This document shows positions 20,070-29,483 of a DNA stretch of 64,000 bases, piece after piece. Origin of the DNA: an uncultured Verrucomicrobiae bacterium (GTDB lineage: Bacteria; Verrucomicrobiota; Verrucomicrobiia; Chthoniobacterales; JAATET01). Position numbers and translations under genes: made by a program. Positions within the stretch are counted from its first letter, which is position 1; every line of letters starts with the position of its first letter. The stretch is from assembly GCA_963749035.1 (NCBI GenBank), contig CAVVKW010000004.1, positions 594,531-658,530 of the forward strand, written 5' to 3'. The notes under the pieces are model-generated. The model did no database searches and had not been told where the DNA came from. It saw only the letters and a program-made list of their open reading frames with translations.

Positions 20070-20381
20070 GAGCTATTGAAGTTGGGACCTGCCGGAATCG
20101 TGATCGAGATTTGGTAGAGCTCGCTCATCGTGTGCCACGAAAATCCACGAGCAATGGACGGTGATCATATGCGACGAACGGGCGCGAAAAGGTGGACTTC
20201 GTGGCACTCGATGAGCTTCTACGGCTATCAGTGGCGTGTTTGGCAGATTGATGTGGAGCCGAAGGCGCGGAGTAAATCTACCTCGACCGATCATATCATA
20301 TTCTCGAGGCGTAGATTCTCGATTCAACGCGACCCCACGATTCGTCGTGCACTGTGATAGGTCGCGGCCTGTATCTCTGTA
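20070..20381 (-). repeat. cassette family C, divergent copy C1
   Basis: Carries the same hairpin arms, GCTCATCGTGTGCCACGAA (20123-20141) and TTCGTGGCACTCGATGAGC (20198-20216), with two compensatory pair changes relative to C2-C5. A 106-codon frame is open here only. Confidence 0.6.
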
Positions 20382-20508
20382 GTCTAACGTCAAGCTCAGC
20401 CACCCTGAGCAGGTGACCGAGCCGCCAGTGGCAGATTCCTACAGGTTGCACGGCCGCTAACCCCAGCCAGCGAAGCGGCTAGGGGTTGGCTGCAGCGCCT
20501 TGTTCGGC
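20382..20508 (-). repeat. attC site 4
   Basis: Boxes gtctaac/gttcggc, 127 bp. Confidence 0.9.
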
Positions 20509-21534
20509 TCAGATCTCAACCTCAATGTATGTTCCAATGCCGGAATTTGCGATGGCTTCGTTGATCTCAGCAATTCGTTTTTGTATTCGTGGCCAGCTTG
20601 TAGAAAGAAGGACAACAATAGCAATCCGTCTTCTTTTGGCTCTTCGCTATTCCGAGTGGGTTTACAGAGTGGGCCTGAAAGCTGGGATTTGAAGGTCGAG
20701 TTGACTGGCTTTGAGGTAGGCCATGGTTTGGAAGTTGCGGAGGGATCGGTATCCGCGAGCCAATCGTTTGGCGAGTTGAAGTAACCCGTTGATGGCCTCG
20801 ATGGCGCCGTTGGTGACGCGGGTTTTGAGGAAGGCGACGATTCCCTTCCAGTGCCGCTGGATGGAGCAAGCCAGCTTGCGGAAGGGTTCGAGCCGACTGA
20901 GTTTGGCACTCTTGCACCACCATCGCAGGCTTTCTTCATCTTCTCCGGCGAGGATGTCCTGAAGGGTCTCGCGCAGACCCAACGCGCGACCGAGTTTGGG
21001 ATGGAGGCGGATCAGATTGCGGCGTTCGGCTTGCTGAGCTTCTGTTCGGCTCCATGAGTTGCCCCGCAAGGCCCAGAGTACTCCGCTCAGATCGGCTCCC
21101 TGCCGGGCGATCATCTTGCGCACCCGATCGCAAGCCTGCCCGGCCATCATCATGAGATGGAAGCGATCGAAGACAACCTCTGCCCACGGGAAGCTTTCCC
21201 TGGCCCCTTTCTGGTAAGCCTCGCTCATGTCCATACTGATGAGGCGGATCTGTTCGGGGCAGGCTTGGTGGGCGGGCAACTCTTTGGCGAAATCAGCCAA
21301 GGCTTGAGCGCTGCGACCTTCGACCATGAGCAAGAGTTGTGGGTGTCGGCGTCGATGATGTTGATCACGTAACGGTAACCCCGGCGTGAACTCGTCTCAT
21401 CAACGCAAATCCGCGTGACTTCCGACCAACTTTCCCGGGCATGAGCACTTTCCACGTAATGTTGGGCCACGCGCCAGAGTCGGGTATTGAGGTGGTGCTG
21501 AAAATGCGGACACGGGATAGACCAAGAAAAAGCC

Positions 21535-21885
21535 GTGAACGAAAAACCAAGAGAAACGAACAAGGGGCGACGATTTGACGAAGAGTTCAAACGAAGCGCC
21601 GTGGAAATGCTGGAAAGCGGAACGCGAAGCGCGACACAACTAGCGCTTGAGCTGGGGATCTCGACGTGGAGCCTGGGCAGGTGGAAGAAGCTTTACGGGA
21701 GAACCGCCGCCGGGACGGGTCCGGAGGGGGGAGGAGGACCCGTCCCGGCGGCGGGGCGGCCCCAGGACCTCGCCAGCGAGAACGCTCGCCTGAGAAGGGA
21801 ACTGGAGTTCACCACCCGCCAACGAGACATTTTAAAAAAAGCCTGCGCCATTTTGGGTCAGGAACCGTGGAACGCTTTGCGCTGA
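21535..21885 (+). CDS. IS3-family transposase OrfA
   Basis: RRFDEEFKRSAVEMLESG...ELGISTWSLGRWKK...LRRELEFTTRQRDILKKA. A6G slippery site at ~21835. Confidence 0.85.
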   Translation: MNEKPRETNKGRRFDEEFKRSAVEMLESGTRSATQLALELGISTWSLGRWKKLYGRTAAGTGPEGGGGPVPAAGRPQDLASENARLRRELEFTTRQRDILKKACAILGQEPWNALR

Positions 21886-22760
21886 TCGAGACGATGGAAA
21901 AGAACAGCTTTACCCTCAAGGAGCTTTGCCTGGCTCTGGAAGTCAGTCGCAGCGGCTACTACGCCCACGGGAAAAAGACCGAAGGTCTGCGCCAGCGCGA
22001 AGACGCCGATCTGAGTGATCGGATCGAAGCGGCTTTCCACGAGAACCGCCGAACCTACGGGACCCGTCGGCTGCGCGTCGTCCTTGATCGAGAAGGGCAA
22101 GTCTGCGGGCGACGACGTATCTCGCGCTTGATGTCCCAGAAAGGACTATGTGCCTTGCGCAAGGGTCGTTATCGGCCCCGCACGACCGACAGCTGCCACC
22201 CTCATCCCATCGCCCCGAATCGGCTCTTGTCCGATACGACCAACACGACCTCGTCTACCCCTGGGCAGACATGGGTGGCTGACATCACCTACCTACCCAC
22301 CGATGAAGGCTGGCATTATCTGGCTGCCGAAATGAACCTCGCTTCCCGTCGGATCGTTGGCTGGAAAACGGGATCAACCATGGAGAGCACCCTCGTCGAA
22401 AGTGCCTTCAGCCGCGCCGTCTTGCTCTCAGGAACTCGTCCACAACTCCACCATTCCGACCGCGGCAGCCAGTACGCCGCTGGGGCTTTCCGCTCCCTGC
22501 TCGACTCCCACGGCGTGACGCCGAGCATGAGCCGACGCGCCAACTGCTATGATAACGCCGCCATGGAGTCGTTCTGGTCCACTCTCAAAACCGAATGCTT
22601 CCACGCCGGCCCTCCGGCCACCCAAGCCCAAGCCGACGCGATGCTCTTCGACTACATCGAAACCTTCTACAATCCACGCCGACTCCATAGCTCCCTCGAC
22701 TACCAATCACCCCTCGAATACGAAAACTCACTCAATAACCTAACAACCAAAACAGACTAA
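21838..22760 (+). CDS. IS3-family transposase OrfB (DDE, via -1 frameshift)
   Basis: rve motifs WVADITYLPT, HHSDRGSQY, YDNAAMESFWSTLKTE. The start coordinate is approximate (frameshift product). Confidence 0.8.
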
Positions 22761-23172
22761 CTTCCCCTGTCCACTTTTTCGGCTCCACTTCATACTGGAA
22801 GAAATCCAGATGCCTCCACTCTTTGCTCACGCTGTCGTGGGTCCCACAACGCTGCCCACGCTGCGGACACGCAAACCGTTCTCCACGAGCAAAATCGAGT
22901 TCCAAGAGCAGCCGTTTGGGGTCACCCGCAAATTCGCATCGCTCCACTTTCCAGCCTTCATCCAACGCCAATGCCGCGGTAAACAGTGATTCGGGTGTCA
23001 TCCCTGGACTCTGATCCCCGACTATGGGCCGCTTCAAGTCGCTTCCGACCCCACCGCCCGATTCAACATCGCGCCGTTTGCTGCCTGCCTACCCACTCAT
23101 TTCAGCGAAGACCCATAAAGTAAAGAACCAGTATGCCTCTGAGAATGTCGATTGGGATGTTTTCATATTATA

Positions 23173-23298
23173 GCCGAACGTCAAGCTCAGCCACCTCGAA
23201 CAGATGGTCGAACTACTGATTGTGATCTGGAGAAGGTGACGCTTCCGAGCGTCTGAAAAGGAGAGCGGCTAGGGGTTGGCTGCAGCGCCTTGTTCGAC
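23173..23298 (-). repeat. attC site 5
   Basis: Boxes gccgaac/gttcgac, 126 bp. Confidence 0.9.
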
Positions 23299-23663
23299 TG
23301 GATCGGCTGGTGGTCCGGGAAAGGCATCGAGCTACTGGGAGCGTCGTATACTTTGGTTCAAATCGCGAAGCCACTTCAATGATTGGACGAATCCAGAGAG
23401 AAGGGTTCGACTTGGCAGGGATATATTTACGACCGCGGAAGTGATGAGGGCTGGATGTGGCTGGAATGAACAGGGACCAAGCTACGAATTTTTTTTCATC
23501 CGCCGGAGGCTGCTCACGGACATCGGTCGAAATCCGGTGGAGCTGATCTTGTCTTCGGGGTGGCCTCTCAAGTCGTCGCAGTCTGAACCAATGGTAGTTT
23601 GCCGGGTTTGTCGTCAGCTTCAGAATACCGAATTTACTCATCCGCCGGAGGCTGCATCATGAA
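23299..23663 (-). repeat. cassette family B, copy B1 (apparently non-coding)
   Basis: ~365-bp unit shared by 10 cassettes. Contains two CATCCGCCGGAGGCTGC motifs (23497, 23639). Confidence 0.8.
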
Positions 23664-23789
23664 GTCGAACGTCAAGCTCAGCCACCCCGATCGGGTGTTC
23701 GAACTACTGATCGTGATCATCTGCAATCTGGTCGTTCGCCAACCCCGAGAGCGAAGCGGCTAGGGGTTGACTGCAGCGCCTTGTTCGAC
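23664..23789 (-). repeat. attC site 6
   Basis: Boxes gtcgaac/gttcgac, 126 bp. Confidence 0.9.
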
Positions 23790-24463
23790 AAATCTTTGAT
23801 CGGGATCATAGCCGACAAGAAACAAACGTGCTTGGTCATCAAATCTATATATTAAGTCTCCACCGTAGCTTTCCCAAACGAGAATCTTTTGTCTCTCAAT
23901 CCAGTCGCTGAAATGGCGGAATCCGGGCCCGGGCGTATTTGGTGGAGAATGCTTTTTGTCCCATGAAGCCCCCGCCGCTAGCGTTTTCGAGTGTAACTTC
24001 TGGAAATAATCAGATTCTTCAAATGGTGACTTCTCAATGGTGGCGAGCTTCCACTCGCCAGAAGAGGTTCGAAGATAAAGTCGAGTCTCGCTCATTATTC
24101 TTCCCATGTCGAGGCGAAGCCGGAAACCCTTATGTTCTGGATGCCAACTGCAAGTGACCATTGATGTGAGAGGCCCCCAAGAGAAGTCTCCGTTGACTGG
24201 AGTCTCCCAAAGAATTCTCGTGGTGTCTGTCTCGATTAGATATGCGCTGAATGGACTTGGGCCATCTCCCTTGGGAACAGGCAATCCCACGTTCTGATTC
24301 GTGTGACAACAATAGCTAAGTCGCCATCTTGGGAAAGTCCATCACCTTCAATTCGGTTTCCGGTATCGTATCCGACAACGAAATAATCATCGATCTTACG
24401 TGGAGTGTCGTCGGCCAAAAGAATGCTCCCTGTGAAGAGAGATATGATCATTGGAAGTTTCAT
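23760..24463 (-). pseudogene. cassette gene for a secreted protein, apparent frameshift
   Basis: ORF 24236..24463 (MKLPMIISLFTGSILLA signal peptide) and ORF 23760..24290 overlap in different frames around 24270-24290. Tail VEQGAAVNP. Could also be a sequencing error. Confidence 0.45.
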
Positions 24464-24469
24464 ATTTAT

Positions 24470-24598
24470 GTCGAACGTCAAGCTCAGCCACCCCGAACAC
24501 GGGACCGAACTTGCATGGTGGACGTTGGATGGAATGGCGGAAGTCAGAACAACTGCGCCCTGTCGCGGCTAGGGGTTGGCTGCAGCGCCTTGTTCGGC
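24470..24598 (-). repeat. attC site 7
   Basis: Boxes gtcgaac/gttcggc, 129-bp subtype. Confidence 0.9.
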
Positions 24599-24883
24599 AT
24601 CATTTATATCATGCCAAATTTTGAATGCATTTGTGCGGCGCAGATATTCAGCGTGGCGATCAGCAGATTGTTCGCACGAGGATCGATTACTCGGGTAACG
24701 TATTTTGCGGCGAAAGCGATTCTGATGATGATGACCAAGTTCATGTAAAAACACCTCGGCAAACATGAAGAATGCGATGTCGATCCGCTGCTTCCAGTGA
24801 ACTTCTACAATGTCGGGTAGTCGAGTCGTCTCAGCTGAATGGCCGTAATACCAATCTTCGATGTGCGGAAGGAGCGTCTTATA
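24569..24883 (-). pseudogene. cassette ORF with HExxH motif, 5' end truncated by IS630
   Basis: The frame is open from the IS junction (KWYKTLLPHIEDWYYGH...FLHELGHHH...) to the tail AEQGAAANP. No start codon remains upstream. Confidence 0.55.
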
Positions 24884-26017
24884 CCATTTCTATCTAAGAA
24901 TAGGACGTAAAAGTTTGTAGGAACTGTTTGTTTGAGAGAGCAGCCAGCCTTGACCAATCAAGGTGTTTACATTGGCGGGAGATTCCCAAAATTGTTTCAG
25001 CAGGCGGACGATGGCGGCTTCGATGTCGTCCAGAGTATCAAACAAGGCGTTGCCGATCTCGTCTTTGAGCTGGTCGAAGAGCTTTTCAACGGGATTGAGT
25101 TCTGGGCCATAGGCCGGAAATTGGAGGACGTGGATGCGCTCGGGAAGCGGATGAGAGCCCGCCTTTTGATGGAAGCCGGCACCATCCCAAATGATGACGT
25201 GATGGGCGCTCTCGTCGCTCTCGGCCAATTGACGCAGGAAGAAGTCGCTGACTTCCAGACTGAGCGTTGGGCTGAAAAAGAACTCGCTGGCGTTGTCTCC
25301 GTCAATCTCAAGCGCCGCGTAGAGGTGGCCCCACTGATATTTAGTTTGGTAGGGCGCGGTGGGTTTGACACCCCGCAACGTCCAAACCTTGCGGATCTCG
25401 CTGATCAGCCCATAGCGATGCTCATCAACCATCCAAACACGAACCTTTGCCTCACTCGGCAAGTCGAGGGCTTGAAGACGCTGGGCCAGTTCTTCTTTGA
25501 ATGCCAAGGCCGCGACCTCGTCTTTGCGAGCGTGAGTCTTGCGCGGCACTTTCAAGACTCCGCCGACTTTTCCCAACCAGTAATAAACCCCTTTGAGGCT
25601 GAGTTGCACGCCGTGATCTTCGCTCAGCCATGCCCGAACCTCCTTGGCCCGCTTCCAGCGACCTTGGCGCAGACCTTCCTTAAAGACTTCAATAAGCTCT
25701 GGACTCAGCGACGGCTCGTTGCCGGGCGGCTTCTTGCGTTCCAGCAAACCAGCTATTCCAGCCTCTCGATACCAACTCGCCCAGCGACCGACCGCTGAAC
25801 GGGCTCGAACGACCGCTTCAGCGACCTCTTCCATCGTGTAGTTGCCACTCATTCCCATTCGAACCGCTTGTAGCTTCTCAATATCTCGACGTTCGGTTGC
25901 CGCCTTTTCCGCTGCCTTGACCTCAACGAGATCTCCATCAATTCGAAACTTTTTTCCCATCGCCTAAACTACCAGATTCTTGGAATCTTGAATAGTCCTC
26001 AAGTTACATAGAAATGG
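24884..26017 (-). mobile_element. IS630-family insertion sequence
   Basis: IRs CCATTTCTAT(C/G)TAA at both ends. TA dinucleotide on each flank (24882-83, 26018-19). Confidence 0.85.
24890..25960 (-). CDS. IS630-family transposase
   Basis: 356 aa. HTH N-terminus, then WMVDEHRYGL, IIWDGAGFH, PAYGPELNPVEKLF (DDE). Confidence 0.88.
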   Translation of the reverse strand: MGKKFRIDGDLVEVKAAEKAATERRDIEKLQAVRMGMSGNYTMEEVAEAVVRARSAVGRWASWYREAGIAGLLERKKPPGNEPSLSPELIEVFKEGLRQGRWKRAKEVRAWLSEDHGVQLSLKGVYYWLGKVGGVLKVPRKTHARKDEVAALAFKEELAQRLQALDLPSEAKVRVWMVDEHRYGLISEIRKVWTLRGVKPTAPYQTKYQWGHLYAALEIDGDNASEFFFSPTLSLEVSDFFLRQLAESDESAHHVIIWDGAGFHQKAGSHPLPERIHVLQFPAYGPELNPVEKLFDQLKDEIGNALFDTLDDIEAAIVRLLKQFWESPANVNTLIGQGWLLSQTNSSYKLLRPILR

Positions 26018-26019
26018 TA

Positions 26020-26265
26020 TGACACGACAACACACGCGAACGGATTGATGGTCTTTTGCAGGTTTGCCCGTGGCATACAGGTTGCCGTCGTGGCGGTCGA
26101 TGAGCTCTCCAGCAACGGAAGTGTGAATATCTCGGTGGAGGTGAAGGTGAAGGGACGCTGATCTAAAGGAGGTGAATATCAATATGACTGCTGAACGCCT
26201 TGCAGACGATTAGGCACCCATTTTGCTTTCTGGCGTTCGCATACGAAGACTCCGCATTTCATTCT
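26020..26265 (-). repeat. cassette family A, copy A1 (truncated by IS630)
   Basis: Begins mid-element at TGACACGACAACACACGCG, directly after the IS630 TA. Confidence 0.8.
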
Positions 26266-26391
26266 GTCCATCGTCAAGCTCTGCCACCCTGATCGGGCGT
26301 GCGAGCTACTGATTCTGATCTACTGGAAGAAGTGGTTCCGAGCTTCTGAGACGGAACGCGGCTAGGGGTTGGCTACAGCGTCTTGTTCGGC
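26266..26391 (-). repeat. attC site 8 (ATC-type box on family A side)
   Basis: Boxes gtccatc/gttcggc, 126 bp. Confidence 0.85.
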
Positions 26392-26637
26392 ATCTTTTCC
26401 TTGCCTTGTGCGGCTATTATCTGCGCTTCGCAAATGTTTGTTTGGGTGAGCGAATCGGTAAAGATCTATGCTAGATGTCAATGTAACAAACAATAAAAGG
26501 GCTGGGGCAAACGAGCGTGTAAAGGCTAAGATATTTCCCTGCGAGAATATGATAAACAAGCACGTTGCACCAATTACTAGGATAGAGCGGACAACTATTC
26601 CCAATTCATGGTCGGTGAAGGTCTTCATGGAGTCCAT
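26362..26637 (-). CDS. cassette ORF, small membrane protein
   Basis: 91 aa with 2 TM segments. Tail AEQDAVANP. Confidence 0.6.
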   Translation of the reverse strand: MDSMKTFTDHELGIVVRSILVIGATCLFIIFSQGNILAFTRSFAPALLLFVTLTSSIDLYRFAHPNKHLRSADNSRTRQGKDAEQDAVANP

Positions 26638-26710
26638 TTCGTCTAGGGTTTGTTTAGCTGGTCAATAATATAAAGTGTGTTATCGAAATCATTTCTACGG
26701 TTGCCCAGAT

Positions 26711-26836
26711 GCCGAACGTCAAGCTCAGTCACCCCGATCGGGCGTCCGAGCTACTGGTTGTGATCAACTGCAATCTGGTCGTCCGCCAACCCCGAGAGCG
26801 AAGCGGCTAGGGGTTGACTGCAGCGCCTTGTTCGGC
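26711..26836 (-). repeat. attC site 9
   Basis: Boxes gccgaac/gttcggc, 126 bp. Confidence 0.9.
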
Positions 26837-26998
26837 CCGCATTTCAGTATCTTGAAGTTCGAAGTTCAGACCCCCGAAGAATCTCGCCCACAGATTGTAT
26901 GTCCAAGCAAGAACGAAGCCGGAGACGAGCCCGAAGATCGTATTAATGACCGGATGCAAAAATACTAACTTATAATCTATTGTATTTGAAAATGTCAT
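26807..26998 (-). CDS. cassette ORF, small membrane protein
   Basis: 63 aa. Tail AEQGAAVNP. Overlaps the end of the upstream 59-aa ORF. Confidence 0.5.
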   Translation of the reverse strand: MTFSNTIDYKLVFLHPVINTIFGLVSGFVLAWTYNLWARFFGGLNFELQDTEMRAEQGAAVNP

Positions 26999-27149
26999 TG
27001 AACTGAATCCGGAAAGAGTAACTGTTACCGCCCTCTTTCATCGGTGTAGTGAGGAGAAAGACGATTCCGAGGAGTGATCCAAATAAACCAAAACAAGCGA
27101 GGAGAAGGGCAAGTTTGGATGGCGAAATGCGTGTTAGTTGCGTTTTCAT
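26970..27149 (-). CDS. cassette ORF, 59-aa membrane peptide
   Basis: Read by hand: ATG at 27149, MKTQLTRISPSKLALLLACFGLFGSLLGIVFLL... Below the track's 60-aa cutoff. Confidence 0.4.
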   Translation of the reverse strand: MKTQLTRISPSKLALLLACFGLFGSLLGIVFLLTTPMKEGGNSYSFRIQFNDIFKYNRL

Positions 27150-27162
27150 AATTTTGATAATA

Positions 27163-27289
27163 GCCGAACGTCAAGCTCAGCCACCCTGAGCGGATGACCG
27201 AGCCCACCCCTAGGTGAGCTGCGAGTAGCGGGACCGAGCAACCCCAGCCAGCGAAGCGGCTAGGGGTTGGCTGCAGCGCCTTGTTGGGC
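27163..27289 (-). repeat. attC site 10
   Basis: Boxes gccgaac/gttgggc, 127 bp. Confidence 0.9.
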
Positions 27290-27739
27290 CTCATTACTTT
27301 GTAGATAGCGTGGATTCTTCAATGCTTCAAGATAATCGGATTTACGATAGAATGGCCAATACCGAACAGGTCCATCTTCAAGTAAAACGGGCGGCGTCCT
27401 GCAAAATGGGTGGATTCGGAAAGTCGAGTTGATGAATCCGCGAATTCCTCTTTTGATCTGCCACTCGTATTCGAGATCTGTCTTCGGAAATAGGATTGCT
27501 CTTGCAAAGTCCTTTCGGATCCCGTCAGTTAATGCGTGCTCGCCGCTGAGCGTATGCCGATGGAAATCGTCATATTGAGGCCAAACTAAGCGATGTTCAA
27601 TTTCTGAGATGGCGGGATCGCCGCTGCTGCCGATGACACTCTGCTCACACGATTCTTCAAACTCGCGATTCGTAATTTAACCGGTCGCCAAATGGCGCAG
27701 GTTCTCAGCAAGGCGGTTTCGGTCGGTTCGTGATATCAT
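27260..27739 (-). pseudogene. cassette gene with in-frame TAA at codon 21
   Basis: Hand translation: MISRTDRNRLAENLRHLATG-TAA-ITNREFEES...RYLQSNEAQQGAAANP. A single frame is open across the whole cassette apart from that stop. Confidence 0.45.
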
Positions 27740-27748
27740 AATTTCTTG

Positions 27749-27874
27749 GCCCAACGTCAAGCTCAGCCACCCCGAACGGGCGTGCGAGCTACTGATTGTG
27801 ATCTGCTGAAGGTGACGCTTTCGAACGTCTGAAACGGAACGCGGCTAGGGGTTGGCTGCAGCGTCTTGATGGAC
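27749..27874 (-). repeat. attC site 11 (GAT-type box)
   Basis: Boxes gcccaac/gatggac, 126 bp. Confidence 0.85.
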
Positions 27875-28185
27875 AGAATTTTATGGAACCGCCGCCTGGC
27901 AATTGAGTTATCAAACCTTCGAAGGATGCGCTCATCGAGTGACACGACAACACACGCGAACGGATTGATGGTTTTTTGCAGGTTTGCCCGTGGCATACAG
28001 GTTGCCGTCGTGGCGGTCGATGAGCTCTCCAGCAACGGAAGTGTGAATATCTCGGTGTAGGTGGCGGTGAAGGGAAGCTGATCCAAAGGAGGTGAATATC
28101 AATATGACTGCTGAACGCCGTGCAGACGATTACGCACCCATTTTGCTTTCTGGCGTTCGCATACGAAGACTCCGCATTTCATTCT
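27875..28185 (-). repeat. cassette family A, copy A2
   Basis: Shared ~310-370-bp unit. Hairpin arms at 27930-27951 and 28001-28025. Confidence 0.85.
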
Positions 28186-28310
28186 GTCCATCGTCAAGCT
28201 CAGCCACCCTGAACGGGCGACCGAGAATCTGGAAAAGGTGAACTGCCGGAAAGAGTCACCTCAACCCGGGCGCGAAGCGGCTAAGGGTTGGCTGCAGCGC
28301 CTTGTTCGGC
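28186..28310 (-). repeat. attC site 12
   Basis: Boxes gtccatc/gttcggc, 125 bp. Same attC body as sites 30 and 45. Confidence 0.85.
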
Positions 28311-28595
28311 TGCATTCTTAGTATTTTTCAAGGTCCGTTCAATCCGTGGATTGATTACAAATCCCCAATAAAGAAATACTGACATAATTATTAACGGAAG
28401 CTCCAAAAGCCAAAAATAGTTCAAAGACAGCAGATCAAGAATCGATGGTATTCCAAATGCAAAAATTAAAAGTGGCAATCGAAGCCACATAATGAATGGC
28501 TCTCTTATCTCAAGATTTCTCATAATGGAGCGGATCTCTGACGGCGATTTGTCAGATAATTCTTTTATCTGGCTATGACGCAAAATGAATTTCAT
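28281..28595 (-). CDS. cassette ORF, 104-aa membrane protein (copy 1 of 3)
   Basis: MKFILRHSQIKEL... with 2 TM segments. Tail AEQGAAANP. Near-identical copies at 38099 and 46820. Confidence 0.7.
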   Translation of the reverse strand: MKFILRHSQIKELSDKSPSEIRSIMRNLEIREPFIMWLRLPLLIFAFGIPSILDLLSLNYFWLLELPLIIMSVFLYWGFVINPRIERTLKNTKNAAEQGAAANP

Positions 28596-28602
28596 TGTAA
28601 TA

Positions 28603-28728
28603 GCCGAACGTCAAGCTCAGCCACCCCGAACGGGCTTCCGAGCTACGGGTTGTGATCTACTGGAAGAAGTGCTTCCGAGCATCTGAGACGGAACGCGGCT
28701 AGGGGTTGGCTGCAGCGTCTTGATGGAC
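28603..28728 (-). repeat. attC site 13
   Basis: Boxes gccgaac/gatggac, 126 bp. Confidence 0.85.
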
Positions 28729-29045
28729 AGAATTTGATTGAACCGCCGCCTGGCAATCGAGCTATCAAACCTTCGAACGATGCGCTCATCGAGTGACACG
28801 ACAACACACGCGAACGGATTGATGGTCTTTTGCAGGTTTGCCCGTGGCATACAGGTTGCCGTCGTGGCGGTCGATGAGCTCTCCAACAACGGAAGTGTGA
28901 ATGTCTCGGTGGAGGTAAAGATGAAAATGAAGGTAAGCTGATCCAAAAGAGGTAAATATCAATATGACTGCTGAACGCTTTGCAGACGATTACGCACCCA
29001 TTTTGCTTTCTGGCGTTTGCATACGAAGACTCCGCACTTCCTTCT
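28729..29045 (-). repeat. cassette family A, copy A3
   Basis: Appears identical to copy A6 (45918-46234), including the preceding attC. Confidence 0.85.
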
Positions 29046-29171
29046 GTCCATCGTCAAGCTCAGCCACCCTGAACGGGCGTGCGAAATGCGGAACGCAGTT
29101 CCGCCAGGAAGCGGCTACGAGTTGGGTGTGTCAGCACGCGGCTAGGGGTTGGCTGCAGCGCCTTGTTAGGG
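29046..29171 (-). repeat. attC site 14
   Basis: Boxes gtccatc/gttaggg, 126 bp. Confidence 0.85.
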
Positions 29172-29483
29172 CCGTATCTGTATGTAGCTTCCGGCTGTTG
29201 AATCACGGATGGCAGATCTGATTTCTTCGATGCGGACTTCGAGAAGTTCAATGAGTGTAAAAGGGAGTTCCACGATTGAGACGGTTCGATTTGATAGATT
29301 CTGCTGATATCGAAGATTCTTGTCACCCGTGACAAGAACATCGAATTGACCATCAATGAGCTCCACCAATGAGCCATTTTTTACTCCAGTCCAACCTTTA
29401 AATCGAACGGTCACGACGTCGAATTCTTGCAACAAAAGTCGAAGGTCGATGGGCAAATTTTCGTCAAGAATGACTGTCTTCAC
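29166..29483 (-). CDS. DUF5615-like (PIN-like) putative toxin
   Basis: GTG start at 29483 (VKTVILDENLPIDLR...), aligned to the paralog at 61194..61511. The stop TAA lies in the R box CCCTAAC. Confidence 0.65.
   Translation of the reverse strand: MKTVILDENLPIDLRLLLQEFDVVTVRFKGWTGVKNGSLVELIDGQFDVLVTGDKNLRYQQNLSNRTVSIVELPFTLIELLEVRIEEIRSAIRDSTAGSYIQIRP

Larger units (their letters stand above)
21488..22792 (+). mobile_element. IS3-family insertion sequence (type 2), copy 1
   Basis: 1305 bp with ends TGAGGTGGTGC...GGCTCCACTTCA. Near-identical inverted copy at 53094-54398. Confidence 0.9.
20662..23037 (-). pseudogene. ISL3-family transposase, disrupted (IS3 insertion, internal loss, 1-nt frameshift)
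   Basis: N-terminal zf-ISL3-like part at 22793-23037 (FACPQRGQRCGTHDSVSKEWRHLDFFQY). The remainder at 20662-21487 (ICVDETSSRRGYRYV...DRFHLMMM...NGAIEAINGLLQ). Frameshift near 21330. About 100 aa missing at the IS3 junction. Confidence 0.75.
20638..23114 (-). mobile_element. ISL3-family IS remnant (carries a nested IS3 insertion)
   Basis: Terminal IRs GGCTCTTCGCTATTCCGAGTGGGT (20638) and the complement of GGGTCTTCGCTGAAATGAGTGGGT (ends 23114). Inserted in a small cassette ORF. Confidence 0.75.

Noticed and set aside
23658-23762. A micro-ORF with SD on the + strand reads through the attC (GGAGGCTGCATCATG -> MKSNVKLSHPDRVFELL...RERSG, stop at the CTAG). It is present after every family B unit and after C4.
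   Set aside because: The peptide is dictated by attC sequence and changes with attC subtype. The ATG is absent next to most other attCs. It lies antisense to the array. It is most simply a by-product of the GGAGG-containing motif.
27025-27294. Many track ORFs contain ...NKALQPTPSRFA... or ...RTRRCSQPLAA... or begin MAELDVR/MTLG. Examples: 27025..27294, 29060..29377, 36925..37176, 38435..38629, 44489..44692, 52760..52996, 57952..58140, 29686..29913, 36255..36497, 40292..40498, 60038..60229.
   Set aside because: These strings are translations of the conserved attC arms in the two frames that lack a stop. The ORFs are read-through artefacts whose unique parts are short and vary with attC subtype.
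28105-28200. A strong SD-ATG (AAAGGAGGTGAATATCAATATG) on the + strand of family A could start a small protein, MTAERLADDYAPILLSGVRIRRLRISFCPSS...
   Set aside because: Across copies the frame carries a TAG at codon 10 (A1, 26185 region), a 1-nt deletion (A8) and almost exclusively non-synonymous substitutions. The ORF has no fixed stop because it runs into the variable attC centre. I kept it as a note only. The complementary strand reads TCACCTCCTTT, which resembles a 16S 3' end, and this may be coincidental.
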